From Polaribacter sp. (GTDB taxonomy: Bacteria > Bacteroidota > Bacteroidia > Flavobacteriales > Flavobacteriaceae): a DNA stretch of 64,000 nt. A program made the position numbers and the translations under genes. Location of the stretch: positions 9,319-73,318 of the forward strand of contig JBLHGY010000002.1 of the NCBI GenBank assembly GCA_047616665.1, written 5' to 3'. Positions 39,166-48,254 of this stretch are shown in pieces. The number at the start of each line of letters is the position of its first letter. The first letter of the stretch is position 1. The notes below the pieces were generated by a model. That model saw only the letters and a list, made by a program, of their open reading frames with translations. It was not told the origin of the DNA and searched no databases.

Positions 39166-39615
39166 ATGATACAGCCTTTTGATGATGTTTATTTTATGAA
39201 AAAAGCTTTTCAGGAAGCAGAAACCGCTTTTGGAAAAGGAGAAATTCCTGTAGGTGCTATAGTTGTTTTTAAAGACCAAATAATTGCAAGAGCACATAAC
39301 TTAACAGAAATGTTAAATGATGTAACAGCGCATGCAGAAATGCAGGCATTTACTTCTGCAGCAGATTTTTTAGGCGGAAAATATTTAAAGGATTGCACGC
39401 TATATGTTACTTTAGAACCTTGCCAGATGTGTGCTGGCGCAAGTTACTGGACTCAAATTGGTAAAATAGTCTATGGAGCCTCAGAACCCGAAAGAGGGTT
39501 TGTTAACTTAAAAACAACACTTCACCCAAAGACAAAAGTAGTTTCCGGAATTCTAGAAAAAGAGTGTGCCCAGCTTTTAAAACGTTTTTTTATTGAAAAA
39601 CGGAATTTAAATTAA
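39166..39615 (+). CDS. tadA: tRNA adenosine deaminase-like nucleoside deaminase
   Basis: EIPVGA, TAHAE, TLEPCQMC; start ATG 39166. Confidence 0.88.
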   Translation: MIQPFDDVYFMKKAFQEAETAFGKGEIPVGAIVVFKDQIIARAHNLTEMLNDVTAHAEMQAFTSAADFLGGKYLKDCTLYVTLEPCQMCAGASYWTQIGKIVYGASEPERGFVNLKTTLHPKTKVVSGILEKECAQLLKRFFIEKRNLN

Positions 39616-39629
39616 AGCTAAAACATACA

Positions 39630-39836
39630 TTAATCGGCTACAAATGCTAAAATATCTGCAGGCTGGCATTCTAATGCTTTACAAATTGCTGCTAAGGTAG
39701 AAAAACGAACCGCTTTTGCTTTACCAGATTTTAAGATGGATAAATTTGCTGTGGTAATGCCAATAATTTCCGCCAGTTCTTTACTCCGCATTTTACGTTT
39801 GGCAAGCATTACGTCTAAGTTTACAATGATGGCCAT
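39630..39836 (-). CDS. XRE/Cro-C1 HTH regulator (YozG-like)
   Basis: LDVMLAKRKM, GIT.ANLSILKSGKAKAVRFSTL, CQP.DIL. Confidence 0.9.
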   Translation of the reverse strand: MAIIVNLDVMLAKRKMRSKELAEIIGITTANLSILKSGKAKAVRFSTLAAICKALECQPADILAFVAD

Positions 39837-39838
39837 GG

Positions 39839-40342
39839 CTATATTGTTAAGTCGTTTTCTTGTTTTACATTTTTAGCTATTTTAAATATTTCACTTAAAA
39901 CTAAAAAGAATAAACCCAAACAAATAAGTACTAAATGTTGATTTAAACCAAATTCTAAGGAAACTTTTTGTTCAAAATATATTTTACCAATTATTGAAAT
40001 TATCAGCGAAATAAAACCTGAAAACGTTAATAGGTTTCCTATTTTCTTAAAAGAACTAATGACTAGCTCTTCAAAAACTGTTACGCGTACAAAATTGGTT
40101 ACTACTTTTCTAAAAAAATACAAAGCCAGAATAAGTAATAAATAATTTAAAGATGAAATAACAAATAATATTTTTGAGAAGAGATCATTTTGATTGATGT
40201 TGATTGTATCTAGCTCGATATTTAAATCACTTAAATCTACAAAAAATGTTGTGAAAGAAACTCCAATAATTATCAATACCACGGGCATAGAAAATATCCA
40301 AAGTAAATCTACTATCGTTTTTAATATATTTATTTTTTTCAT
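39839..40342 (-). CDS. DUF2975 membrane protein
   Basis: 4 TM, C-terminal KQENDLTI, paired with YozG-like HTH. Confidence 0.85.
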   Translation of the reverse strand: MKKINILKTIVDLLWIFSMPVVLIIIGVSFTTFFVDLSDLNIELDTININQNDLFSKILFVISSLNYLLLILALYFFRKVVTNFVRVTVFEELVISSFKKIGNLLTFSGFISLIISIIGKIYFEQKVSLEFGLNQHLVLICLGLFFLVLSEIFKIAKNVKQENDLTI

Positions 40343-40491
40343 AATTTCTATTTTTAGAGTCCTGCAAATATATAGAAATTATTGTAAAACAATAATAAAA
40401 TATTTTTTATTGATAATAAATTTATTTTTTAAACAAAAAAAGACAGTACTTTTTAGCACCGTCTTTCTGTTTATTTATATAAAAATTAGTT

Positions 40492-41193
40492 TTAATCTCT
40501 AGACATAAATATCGATAATACATACCAAAAAAGTAGCATCAAAGAAGCAAATAAACCTAAAGAAGCAGGTATGTAATCTTCAGTACCATATTTATTTACC
40601 AAGTTAGAGGTTTGGTATAAAATAGAGCCTCCAGCTAATACACACATACCAACAGAGAACCATAAACCTAAATTAAAACCAAATAAAGATCCGGCAACAA
40701 TTAAGCCCATTGCAATAAAAAAGCCAACAGTTAAACCTGACTTTAAGAACGAGAAATCTTTTTTAGTAACTATAACAACGGCAGAAATACCTGTAAATAA
40801 TGCTAAAGTTACAATAGCTGCCTGTTCTACTAATTCGGCACTTTCTGTATAATAAATTGCGATGTACAAAAGAGGTACAAAAATAATGGCTTGTGCAAAA
40901 ACATAGAGTGCATATGCCATATACTGTTTATTTTTATCTGCAGTTTTTAAAACGGTACTTTCGGCATAATTAGTAACAAACATAAAACCACCTAACATTA
41001 CAAGCCAACGCCAACCTTGCGTCATAGACATCATAAAGTTTACAATAACATCACTTTGTAGCAATAGATACTCAAAAATAATAAATAATAAAACGCCACC
41101 AGCAACATGCTTGTAGGTTTTTTTATAAAATTCTACACGAACTTGATCTGTAGCGGTACTTAATAATATTTTGTTTTCTAAAGTGTTTTCCAT
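40492..41193 (-). CDS. Bax inhibitor-1/YccA family membrane protein
   Basis: FYKKTY.H, TKKDFSFL, ILYQTS, 7 TM; start ATG 41193. Confidence 0.88.
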   Translation of the reverse strand: MENTLENKILLSTATDQVRVEFYKKTYKHVAGGVLLFIIFEYLLLQSDVIVNFMMSMTQGWRWLVMLGGFMFVTNYAESTVLKTADKNKQYMAYALYVFAQAIIFVPLLYIAIYYTESAELVEQAAIVTLALFTGISAVVIVTKKDFSFLKSGLTVGFFIAMGLIVAGSLFGFNLGLWFSVGMCVLAGGSILYQTSNLVNKYGTEDYIPASLGLFASLMLLFWYVLSIFMSRD

Positions 41194-41233
41194 AGTGTTT
41201 TTATATAAGATATTGTTTTTTAAAAAGAGAAAT

Positions 41234-41668
41234 TTAAACTTTCTTAATAACATTTGTTACAATGCCCCAAACCATAAAATCATTCTCTTTTGTAATGTTT
41301 ATAATTGGGTAGTTAGGGTTTTCTGGTTGCAACCAAACTTCGTTTTTTTCTACACGCAAGCGTTTTACAGTAAATTCTCCATCTAAAAAGCAAACGGCAA
41401 TTTTATTATTTGTAGGCGCTAAACTCCTATCAATTACTAATAAATCATTATCATCTAAACCCGCACCAATCATAGACTGCCCTTTTACCTTTGCATAAAA
41501 CGTGGTGTCTTTATTTTTAATTAATTCATCATCTAGAGAGATTCTACTTTCACTAAAATCGTCTACAGGAGATGGAAATCCTGCAGATATACCTGTGTCA
41601 ACAAATATTGCTCCGTTTCCAGAGGGTAGTTTTGGGGTATAAAAAGTAAGTGTTTTCGTAGTTTCCAT
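41234..41668 (-). CDS. umuD: UmuD-like S24 autoprotease
   Basis: SAGFPSP cleavage motif, GQSM (Ser), FTVKR (Lys); no DNA-binding domain. Confidence 0.85.
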   Translation of the reverse strand: METTKTLTFYTPKLPSGNGAIFVDTGISAGFPSPVDDFSESRISLDDELIKNKDTTFYAKVKGQSMIGAGLDDNDLLVIDRSLAPTNNKIAVCFLDGEFTVKRLRVEKNEVWLQPENPNYPIINITKENDFMVWGIVTNVIKKV

Positions 41669-41714
41669 AGGAATGCAAATTATAACTTTTCTTTAAATCT
41701 AGATCTCTTTTATT

Positions 41715-42092
41715 TTAAAATATTACGCTACATTTATTGCAGATCTTTCTGGTTTTTTCAAAAAAAGGGAACAACATATAGAAAACATTTTTTCTTTGTA
41801 TTGGGGCAATTAAAATTCGATTAGAATTGCAGTTAGGACAAGAGAAATTATTTCCGTTTCTGTCTTTTTGATAGCTTCTAATTTCATTATAAATCTCTAA
41901 TGCCTTTTCAAAATCGTCTTTATACACTAGTAATTTTACACCGCCAATGGCATTGCTTATTAAAGGATCTGAATCTATGGTTTTTTCATCCATTAACATC
42001 GTTTGCAAACCTTCTGAGTCTAATTTCGATTTTGTAAGGTGAGCTTCTGTAGAATATTCGAAAACAGCTATAATTTTATAATTACTATTCAT
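41715..42092 (-). CDS. DUF2007 (putative signal transducing) protein with C-terminal Zn-ribbon
   Basis: EAHL.KSKL.SEG, AIGGVKL; CPNC...CNKC. Confidence 0.8.
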   Translation of the reverse strand: MNSNYKIIAVFEYSTEAHLTKSKLDSEGLQTMLMDEKTIDSDPLISNAIGGVKLLVYKDDFEKALEIYNEIRSYQKDRNGNNFSCPNCNSNRILIAPIQRKNVFYMLFPFFEKTRKICNKCSVIF

Positions 42093-42136
42093 GTAAATAG
42101 GGTTTATGAATTAAATATTTTATAAGAATCAATTGT

Positions 42137-43648
42137 TTAATGTTCACTTTTTTTTATGGATACTTTGTGATAAGCATTTTTTAATTTTTGAATGACAGCT
42201 GCTATTTCCTCTGTATTTAAATGCCCAAACCCAAAACGAATAGCACAGGTATTTTTATCTTGATAAAGGATGGTTTTGGGAAGAAATAAATTGTTTTTTT
42301 CTGCTTCTTCAGCTAGTTTTACTAATGATATTTCAGGCTTAAATTGTAACCAAATTGTCAATCCTCCAGAGGGTGTTTTCCAATAGGCAATATCTTTAAA
42401 GTGTTCTGTTAATAGTTCGCATAAACAATCAAGTCTTTGTTTATAGAGCACTACATTTTTTTTCATCAGTCGGTAAATTTCACCTTCAATAATTAATTCA
42501 GATAACATTTGTTCTTGTATAAAATCTCCTTGTTTGTCTAGCAATTGCAAATAATTTGTGGCTTCAGAAATTAGGTTTGCTGGCGCTACCACAAATCCTG
42601 TTTGAAAACTAGGAAATAAAGATTGTCCTAGTTTTCCTAAATAAATAACCATCCCATTTGTGCCTGCGCTTGCCATGGGCAACATTGCAGAACCTTCAAA
42701 CTGAAAATCATAATCGTAATCATCTTCTATAATAGCAAAACCAAACTCTTTAGCAAGTTGCAGCAAGGCTAGCCTGCGCTCTGCGCTTAAGGTTACCGTT
42801 GTAGGGTAATCTCTTTGCGCGCAGATGTAAACGCATCTAATACTGTTTTTTACAAAATGTTTTTTAATATACTCAATATCTAACCCTGCTGCGTCCACAG
42901 GAATGGTTTTGATATTTGCACCCGCTTGTTGAAAAATCATATTAGAAGCATAATTACTCAAATTCCCTACTAATACGACATCATTTTGCTGTATCAATAA
43001 TTGAGAAACAATGTATAAGCTCATTTCTGAACTACGGGTGCTTAACAGATTATTTGGACTTATATGAAAACCTCTCGTTGCATTTAAATAGTTACAGAGC
43101 TGTGTTTGAAATAGAGAATAGGAATGTTCCTTTGGTTCGTTCCATTTCTTTATCAATGTTTTACGCTTCATAGCAGCGCTGTACCACCGTGTAAATTGAT
43201 GTACCGGATGCAAACGTACATCTGGTTTTCCATCATTAATACTATATTTAGCATTTGTTAGTTGCGCTGTAGATGCTAAATGAAATGATTTTTGAAAAGG
43301 AAAGCCTGTTGTTTTGGCATAGGTATATGCTTCATTTATTTTTTGAGAAGGTGCTTTTATTTTTGCTGTTTTTAGCGATGGCTCTATAATAAAGGTGCCT
43401 TTATTTGGTATAATTTCTACCCAACCCTGCGAAGCTAGCTCTTCGTAAATAGCAACAGCTGTATTTCTATGCACTTTTATTAACTGCCCAAACACACGGG
43501 TTCCGGGTAGTTTTGTACCTTTGGTTAGATACTTTCGCTGTATGGCATTTGCAATTTGTTGTGAAACTTGAATATACACGGGTTGCACCATTGCTTTATC
43601 AAAATCAATGAGTTGTTTTAGTACTGTATTTACCGGACTATCTATCAT
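42137..43648 (-). CDS. MocR/GabR family regulator (GntR HTH + PLP aminotransferase-like domain)
   Basis: VYIQV...LPGTR...VHRNT...Y.EL..QGW; IIEDDYDYDF. Confidence 0.9.
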   Translation of the reverse strand: MIDSPVNTVLKQLIDFDKAMVQPVYIQVSQQIANAIQRKYLTKGTKLPGTRVFGQLIKVHRNTAVAIYEELASQGWVEIIPNKGTFIIEPSLKTAKIKAPSQKINEAYTYAKTTGFPFQKSFHLASTAQLTNAKYSINDGKPDVRLHPVHQFTRWYSAAMKRKTLIKKWNEPKEHSYSLFQTQLCNYLNATRGFHISPNNLLSTRSSEMSLYIVSQLLIQQNDVVLVGNLSNYASNMIFQQAGANIKTIPVDAAGLDIEYIKKHFVKNSIRCVYICAQRDYPTTVTLSAERRLALLQLAKEFGFAIIEDDYDYDFQFEGSAMLPMASAGTNGMVIYLGKLGQSLFPSFQTGFVVAPANLISEATNYLQLLDKQGDFIQEQMLSELIIEGEIYRLMKKNVVLYKQRLDCLCELLTEHFKDIAYWKTPSGGLTIWLQFKPEISLVKLAEEAEKNNLFLPKTILYQDKNTCAIRFGFGHLNTEEIAAVIQKLKNAYHKVSIKKSEH

Positions 43649-43677
43649 TTTAAAACTGGACTAGTTTAGTCGTCCGG
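43632..43677. promoter_or_regulatory. Probable MocR operator: two direct repeats plus one inverted copy
   Basis: ACCGGACTA 43632-43640, ACTGGACTA 43655-43663, GTCCGG 43672-43677. Confidence 0.6.
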
Positions 43678-43723
43678 AAAGTTACGACTTTTGTAGTGTA
43701 TTTATACTAAAATAACACTTAAA

Positions 43724-45547
43724 ATGAACCAAAGTAAAGTACTAATTATTGCACTTCTAATTTCACATTTGAATCTTTTTTCTCAAGAAAAAAAGGAAAT
43801 ACAGGCGCTAGACACTATTTTAATAAAATCTACCAGAATCGATTTGCCTTTTAAAGAAAACTCTAGAACTATAAATGTTATCACGTCAAAAGATATAAAA
43901 AATAGTGCTGCTACAAACGTAGCAGATTTATTACAGCAAGTTGCAGGTGTAGACATTAGAAGAAGAGGCACCGCTGGTAGCCAAGCAGATTTATACATTA
44001 GAGGTGGTGGTTTCGATCAAACATTATTGTTAATAGACGGTATTAAAATGGATGATGCACAAACAGGACATCATACAATGAATGCCGCTTTGCCAATTGA
44101 AGTTATCGAGAGAATAGAAATTATTAAAGGGCCGGCTGCAAGAGTTTTCGGACAAAATGCATTTACTGGCGCCATCAATATTGTAACAAAAAGCACCTTA
44201 GAAAACACTACTTCTGTAAATATAGAAGCAGGGTCTTTCGGACAATTAAATGGTTCTGTAACGATTGGTAAAGAATTTGAAAATGCAGCTATTATTGCGC
44301 ATGTTGGTGTATTAACTTCAGACGGTTATAGAGAAAACTCTGATTATAACAATTACAATTATTTATTAAAAGCAATTTTTAATAAGAAAAAACAACCCAT
44401 AGAAGTGTTGGCTACTTTCTTCGATAAAAAGTTTGGTGCACAAAATTTCTATACGCCAGCAGCATTTGGTTTTAATGAATATGAAGAAACGCAGAGTAGT
44501 TTATTGGGTGCTTCTACAACTTTTAGAACTGAAAAATTAAAGATTACTCCAAGAATCTATTGGAAAAGAGGACAAGATATCTTTTTATTGAAAAGAGACG
44601 ACCCTAGTTTTTATAGAAACTTGCACATCACAAATAAGGTAGGTGTAGAAACAAATGCGTCTTATACCTCAGGTTTAGGAATTACGGGTTTTGGTATAGA
44701 TCTTTCTAGATTTTCTATTAGCAGTAATAATTTAGGAGATAGAAATAGAACGATGGCAAATTTCTTTTTAGAACATCGTTTTAAATTTTTAGACGGTAGA
44801 CTAGATGTTACGCCAGGTGTTGCAGTAACCTATTTCTCAGATTTCGACTTTAATGCTTTTCCTGGGTTAGATGTTGGTGTAAAATTAACGCAACATTTAA
44901 AGGCATATGGTAATATTGGGTACACCTTTAGAGTACCAACTTTCACAGATTTGTACTACAGAGATCCCGCAACTTCTGGGAACGTAAATTTAGAGCCAGA
45001 GAGCGCTTTTGCACAAGAAGCAGGGTTAAAATTTAGCAACACTAAATTTTCTGGATCTATAGCTGTATTTAATAGAGATTCAGATAATTTAATAGATTAT
45101 ATAAGACCAAACACAGACGAGAGCATTTTTACAGCAACCAATGTTACAGAGGTAAACACCAAAGGGTTTGAAATTGAAGGTTCTTATAATTTCAAATTGA
45201 AAGAATATAACCAAACAGTAACCTTTGGGTATACCTATTTAAATGATGATATTTCAGATGAAAATAAAGATTTATCTCGGTATTCTTTAAACACGCTAAA
45301 ACACCAATTTATAACTCGTTTTTCTAGTAAATTTCTTAAGAACGTAAGACAGAACATCATTTACAAACATGCAGAACGTGCTATTGGAACAAGTTATAAT
45401 GTTTGGGATGCTTCTGTAATTGTAGATTTTAATACATTTAATTTTACGGTTACTGCAAATAATATATTTAATGCAGACTATATAGAGTCTGGTTATGTAC
45501 CAATGCCACCAAGTAGTCTTTTATTTGGTTTGCGTTATAATTTCTAG
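43724..45547 (+). CDS. TonB-dependent receptor (BtuB-like size)
   Basis: Plug domain (LYIRGG...LLLIDG...IERIEIIKGP), GNVNLEPE, C-terminal GLRYNF. Confidence 0.9.
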   Translation: MNQSKVLIIALLISHLNLFSQEKKEIQALDTILIKSTRIDLPFKENSRTINVITSKDIKNSAATNVADLLQQVAGVDIRRRGTAGSQADLYIRGGGFDQTLLLIDGIKMDDAQTGHHTMNAALPIEVIERIEIIKGPAARVFGQNAFTGAINIVTKSTLENTTSVNIEAGSFGQLNGSVTIGKEFENAAIIAHVGVLTSDGYRENSDYNNYNYLLKAIFNKKKQPIEVLATFFDKKFGAQNFYTPAAFGFNEYEETQSSLLGASTTFRTEKLKITPRIYWKRGQDIFLLKRDDPSFYRNLHITNKVGVETNASYTSGLGITGFGIDLSRFSISSNNLGDRNRTMANFFLEHRFKFLDGRLDVTPGVAVTYFSDFDFNAFPGLDVGVKLTQHLKAYGNIGYTFRVPTFTDLYYRDPATSGNVNLEPESAFAQEAGLKFSNTKFSGSIAVFNRDSDNLIDYIRPNTDESIFTATNVTEVNTKGFEIEGSYNFKLKEYNQTVTFGYTYLNDDISDENKDLSRYSLNTLKHQFITRFSSKFLKNVRQNIIYKHAERAIGTSYNVWDASVIVDFNTFNFTVTANNIFNADYIESGYVPMPPSSLLFGLRYNF

Positions 45548-45595
45548 AAAAATAAGCACAGTATATAAGTAACTATTAGAAGTCTTTTGATTAAA

Positions 45596-45760
45596 TAGTG
45601 TCTGGTCGTAAACATAGCAATATTAAATATGTTTCTTTTTGCGCCCTTTCCATTTATTTTTAATCGATTGATGCTAAGGCATCACCTTATAAAAAGTAAC
45701 TGAAAATGACATCAAAAATAATTCAAATTATAAAAATCGTCTGTTTACGACCAGACACTA
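45596..45760. mobile_element. MITE-like element, 165 bp, perfect 19-bp terminal inverted repeats starting and ending in TA
   Basis: TAGTGTCTGGTCGTAAACA (45596-45614) and TGTTTACGACCAGACACTA (45742-45760); central hairpin TGATGC-TAAG-GCATCA 45669-45684. Confidence 0.8.
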
Positions 45761-45859
45761 AATATTAATTTTCTAAAAATGTTTAGATACTATATTTAGT
45801 TGTCAAACTACTTTACGTATCATTAGAAATTAGCCATATTTATTTTTAAAAGCAAACTT

Positions 45860-46957
45860 ATGAGTGAAGTAAGACACAATTGGACGAAAGAAGAAATATT
45901 AGAAATCTATAACAAACCAATGATGGAGTTGCTGTATGATGCGGCAACAATTCATAGAGAATTACATGATCCAAATGTTGTGCAAGTATCTACTTTACTT
46001 TCAATAAAAACGGGTGGTTGCTCAGAAGATTGTGGATATTGCCCACAAGCGGCTCGCTATCATACAGGTGTCAAGGGGAATGATTTAATGACTATTAATC
46101 AAGTAAAAGCACAAGCGCTGCGTGCTAAAGAAAGCGGAAGCTCTCGTGTTTGTATGGGAGCAGCCTGGAGAAATGTAAAAGACGGGCCAGAATTTGACCA
46201 AGTTTTAGACATGGTTAGAAGCATTAACAAATTAGAAATGGAAGTTTGTTGCACCCTTGGGATGGTTACAGAAAATCAAGCACAAAGGTTGGCAGAAGCT
46301 GGTTTATATGCCTACAATCATAACTTAGATTCTTCAGAAGAATATTATAAAAAAGTAATTTCTACACGTGGATATCAAGATCGATTAGATACTATAGACA
46401 ACGTCAGAAAAACAAATGTAACGGTTTGTTCTGGTGGAATTATTGGAATGGGAGAAACTGCAGCGGATAGAGCAGGAATGTTAGTTGCTTTGTCCACATT
46501 AAACCCGCAACCAGAATCTACACCAATTAATGCTTTAGTTGCTGTTGAAGGAACTCCTTTAGCAGACGAAAAGCCAGTTGAAATTTGGGATATGATTAGA
46601 ATGGTTGCAACTGCTAGAATTGTTTTACCAGAAACGCAAGTGCGTTTATCTGCGGGAAGAACTCAAATGAGCAGAGAAGGACAAGCAATGTGTTTCTTTG
46701 CAGGAGCAAATTCAATTTTTGCAGGAGATAAATTATTAACAACTCCGAACCCTGATGTAAATGAAGACATGAAAATGTTTAAATTATTAGGATTAAATCC
46801 ACAAAAGCCATTTACAAAAAAAGCACAGCCACAATCTGTAGAAGCCTCAGATTCTGAATATCAAGCCTTAGGTGAAAAACCAAAATGGACAAGACCAACC
46901 CATAAAATTGATAGAAATGAAGCTGCAAAACAAAATGGAAAAATAGTAAAAGCTTAA
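45860..46957 (+). CDS. bioB: Biotin synthase
   Basis: KTGGCSEDCGYCPQ radical-SAM motif, YNHNLD, VCSGGI, RLSAGR, ANSIFAG. Confidence 0.96.
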   Translation: MSEVRHNWTKEEILEIYNKPMMELLYDAATIHRELHDPNVVQVSTLLSIKTGGCSEDCGYCPQAARYHTGVKGNDLMTINQVKAQALRAKESGSSRVCMGAAWRNVKDGPEFDQVLDMVRSINKLEMEVCCTLGMVTENQAQRLAEAGLYAYNHNLDSSEEYYKKVISTRGYQDRLDTIDNVRKTNVTVCSGGIIGMGETAADRAGMLVALSTLNPQPESTPINALVAVEGTPLADEKPVEIWDMIRMVATARIVLPETQVRLSAGRTQMSREGQAMCFFAGANSIFAGDKLLTTPNPDVNEDMKMFKLLGLNPQKPFTKKAQPQSVEASDSEYQALGEKPKWTRPTHKIDRNEAAKQNGKIVKA

Positions 46958-47238
46958 AACAAAATACGTTTCTATAGAAACCATTCTCTTTGTTAGAGTA
47001 TGGTTTTCTTTTTTAATAAAAGACGTTGGCTATCGTTTCTTGGTGCAGTATTTTAACTTTTTGTTACCGATATGAGCAGTATTAAAATTTGAAAATGAAT
47101 TGATTGCAAGAAAAAACAACAATTAAGATGACAAATAAGATACATAATTGTTAAAAAAGAGAATTTTATACAGGTGTAAGTAGTTGTTTTTTTATTACTT
47201 GAGAATAAAAAATAGAGTTTTAATATAAAATTCTACCG

Positions 47239-47394
47239 ATGAAAAAATGCCCCCGATGTAAGTCTACTTTTAGACATAGAATTAGAAGAAAGGGATTGAT
47301 GAAATTAATATCAGGAACGAAAGCTTATGCAGGTGAGAAGTGTAATTTTCGTTATACTTGGTTTCCTTTATTAAAACCTCTTTATAAAGTTTAA
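47239..47394 (+). CDS. Small basic 51-aa Zn-ribbon-like protein (below the ORF-track cutoff)
   Basis: MKKCPRCKSTFRHRIRRKGLMKLISGTKAYAGEKCNFRYTWFPLLKPLYKV; immediately followed by a terminator. Confidence 0.55.
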   Translation: MKKCPRCKSTFRHRIRRKGLMKLISGTKAYAGEKCNFRYTWFPLLKPLYKV

Positions 47395-47430
47395 AAAAAG
47401 CCTCACAAATTAAATTTGTGAGGCTTTTTT
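47393..47430. terminator. Terminator/palindromic repeat, copy 1
   Basis: AAAAAGCCTCACAAAT-TAA-ATTTGTGAGGCTTTTT. Confidence 0.8.
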
Positions 47431-47675
47431 ATTGTTTTGTAATTTATTGTAACAAAAGTACTTTTTAAACTACTAATAAGAGAAGCTTAATTGCAGTATA
47501 GCATTTTAATACTATTATTTTTAACCCTAATAAACGCAGCATTAAATTTAAAAATCAACAAAAAATACTTTATTTAAAAGTTGATAAAAGTAAAAATTAA
47601 GTTTCTTTCTTATTGATTAAAGAAGCTATGTTAATCGGTAAAAACCAGTATATTTATTCACATTAAAAAAATGCT

Positions 47676-48248
47676 ATGACAGAATGGTTTCAAGAGTTAA
47701 CCTCTTTTCAAAAAACGTATTGGATTATTACAGGAATTTCTACATTCATGTTTTTATTGGTCTTAATTTCTACACTAATTGGTGCAGATTCAGATGATAT
47801 TGGAGATATAGATACAGAAATAGATGCAGATACAGGTGCTGGCTTTCAGTTTTTTACATTGAAAAATTTAGTTGCTTTTTTTGCTATTTTTGGTTGGAGT
47901 GGTATTGCGAGTATAGACGCAGGAAACTCTAAATCTGTAACCATTATTATTTCTGTATTTTTTGGTTTATTAATGATGTTTGTAATGGCTGCATTATTTT
48001 ATTACATCAGCAAATTAACAGCTAGCGGAACTTTAAAAATGAAAAATGCTTTAAATGCTATTGGCGAAGTCTATTTAACCGTAGGTGCAAATAGATCTAG
48101 AACAGGTAAAATTCAGATTAAAATTCAAGGAGCTTTAAGAGAATTAGAAGCGTTAACAGACCACAATGAAGATTTAAAACAAGGAAAAATTATTAAAGTA
48201 ATTGAAGTAACAAATAACGGAACTTTAATTATAGAACCTCAAAACTAA
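47676..48248 (+). CDS. NfeD-like (YuaF/YqiJ-type) membrane protein
   Basis: TM helices, FGWSG, C-terminal OB-fold GEVYLTV...GKIQI; upstream of flotillin. Confidence 0.8.
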   Translation: MTEWFQELTSFQKTYWIITGISTFMFLLVLISTLIGADSDDIGDIDTEIDADTGAGFQFFTLKNLVAFFAIFGWSGIASIDAGNSKSVTIIISVFFGLLMMFVMAALFYYISKLTASGTLKMKNALNAIGEVYLTVGANRSRTGKIQIKIQGALRELEALTDHNEDLKQGKIIKVIEVTNNGTLIIEPQN

Positions 48249-48254
48249 AAAAAA

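Noticed and set aside
47654-47662. Second DnaA-box-like 9-mer TTATTCACA
   Set aside because: Isolated, with no replication-related context; expected by chance in AT-rich DNA.
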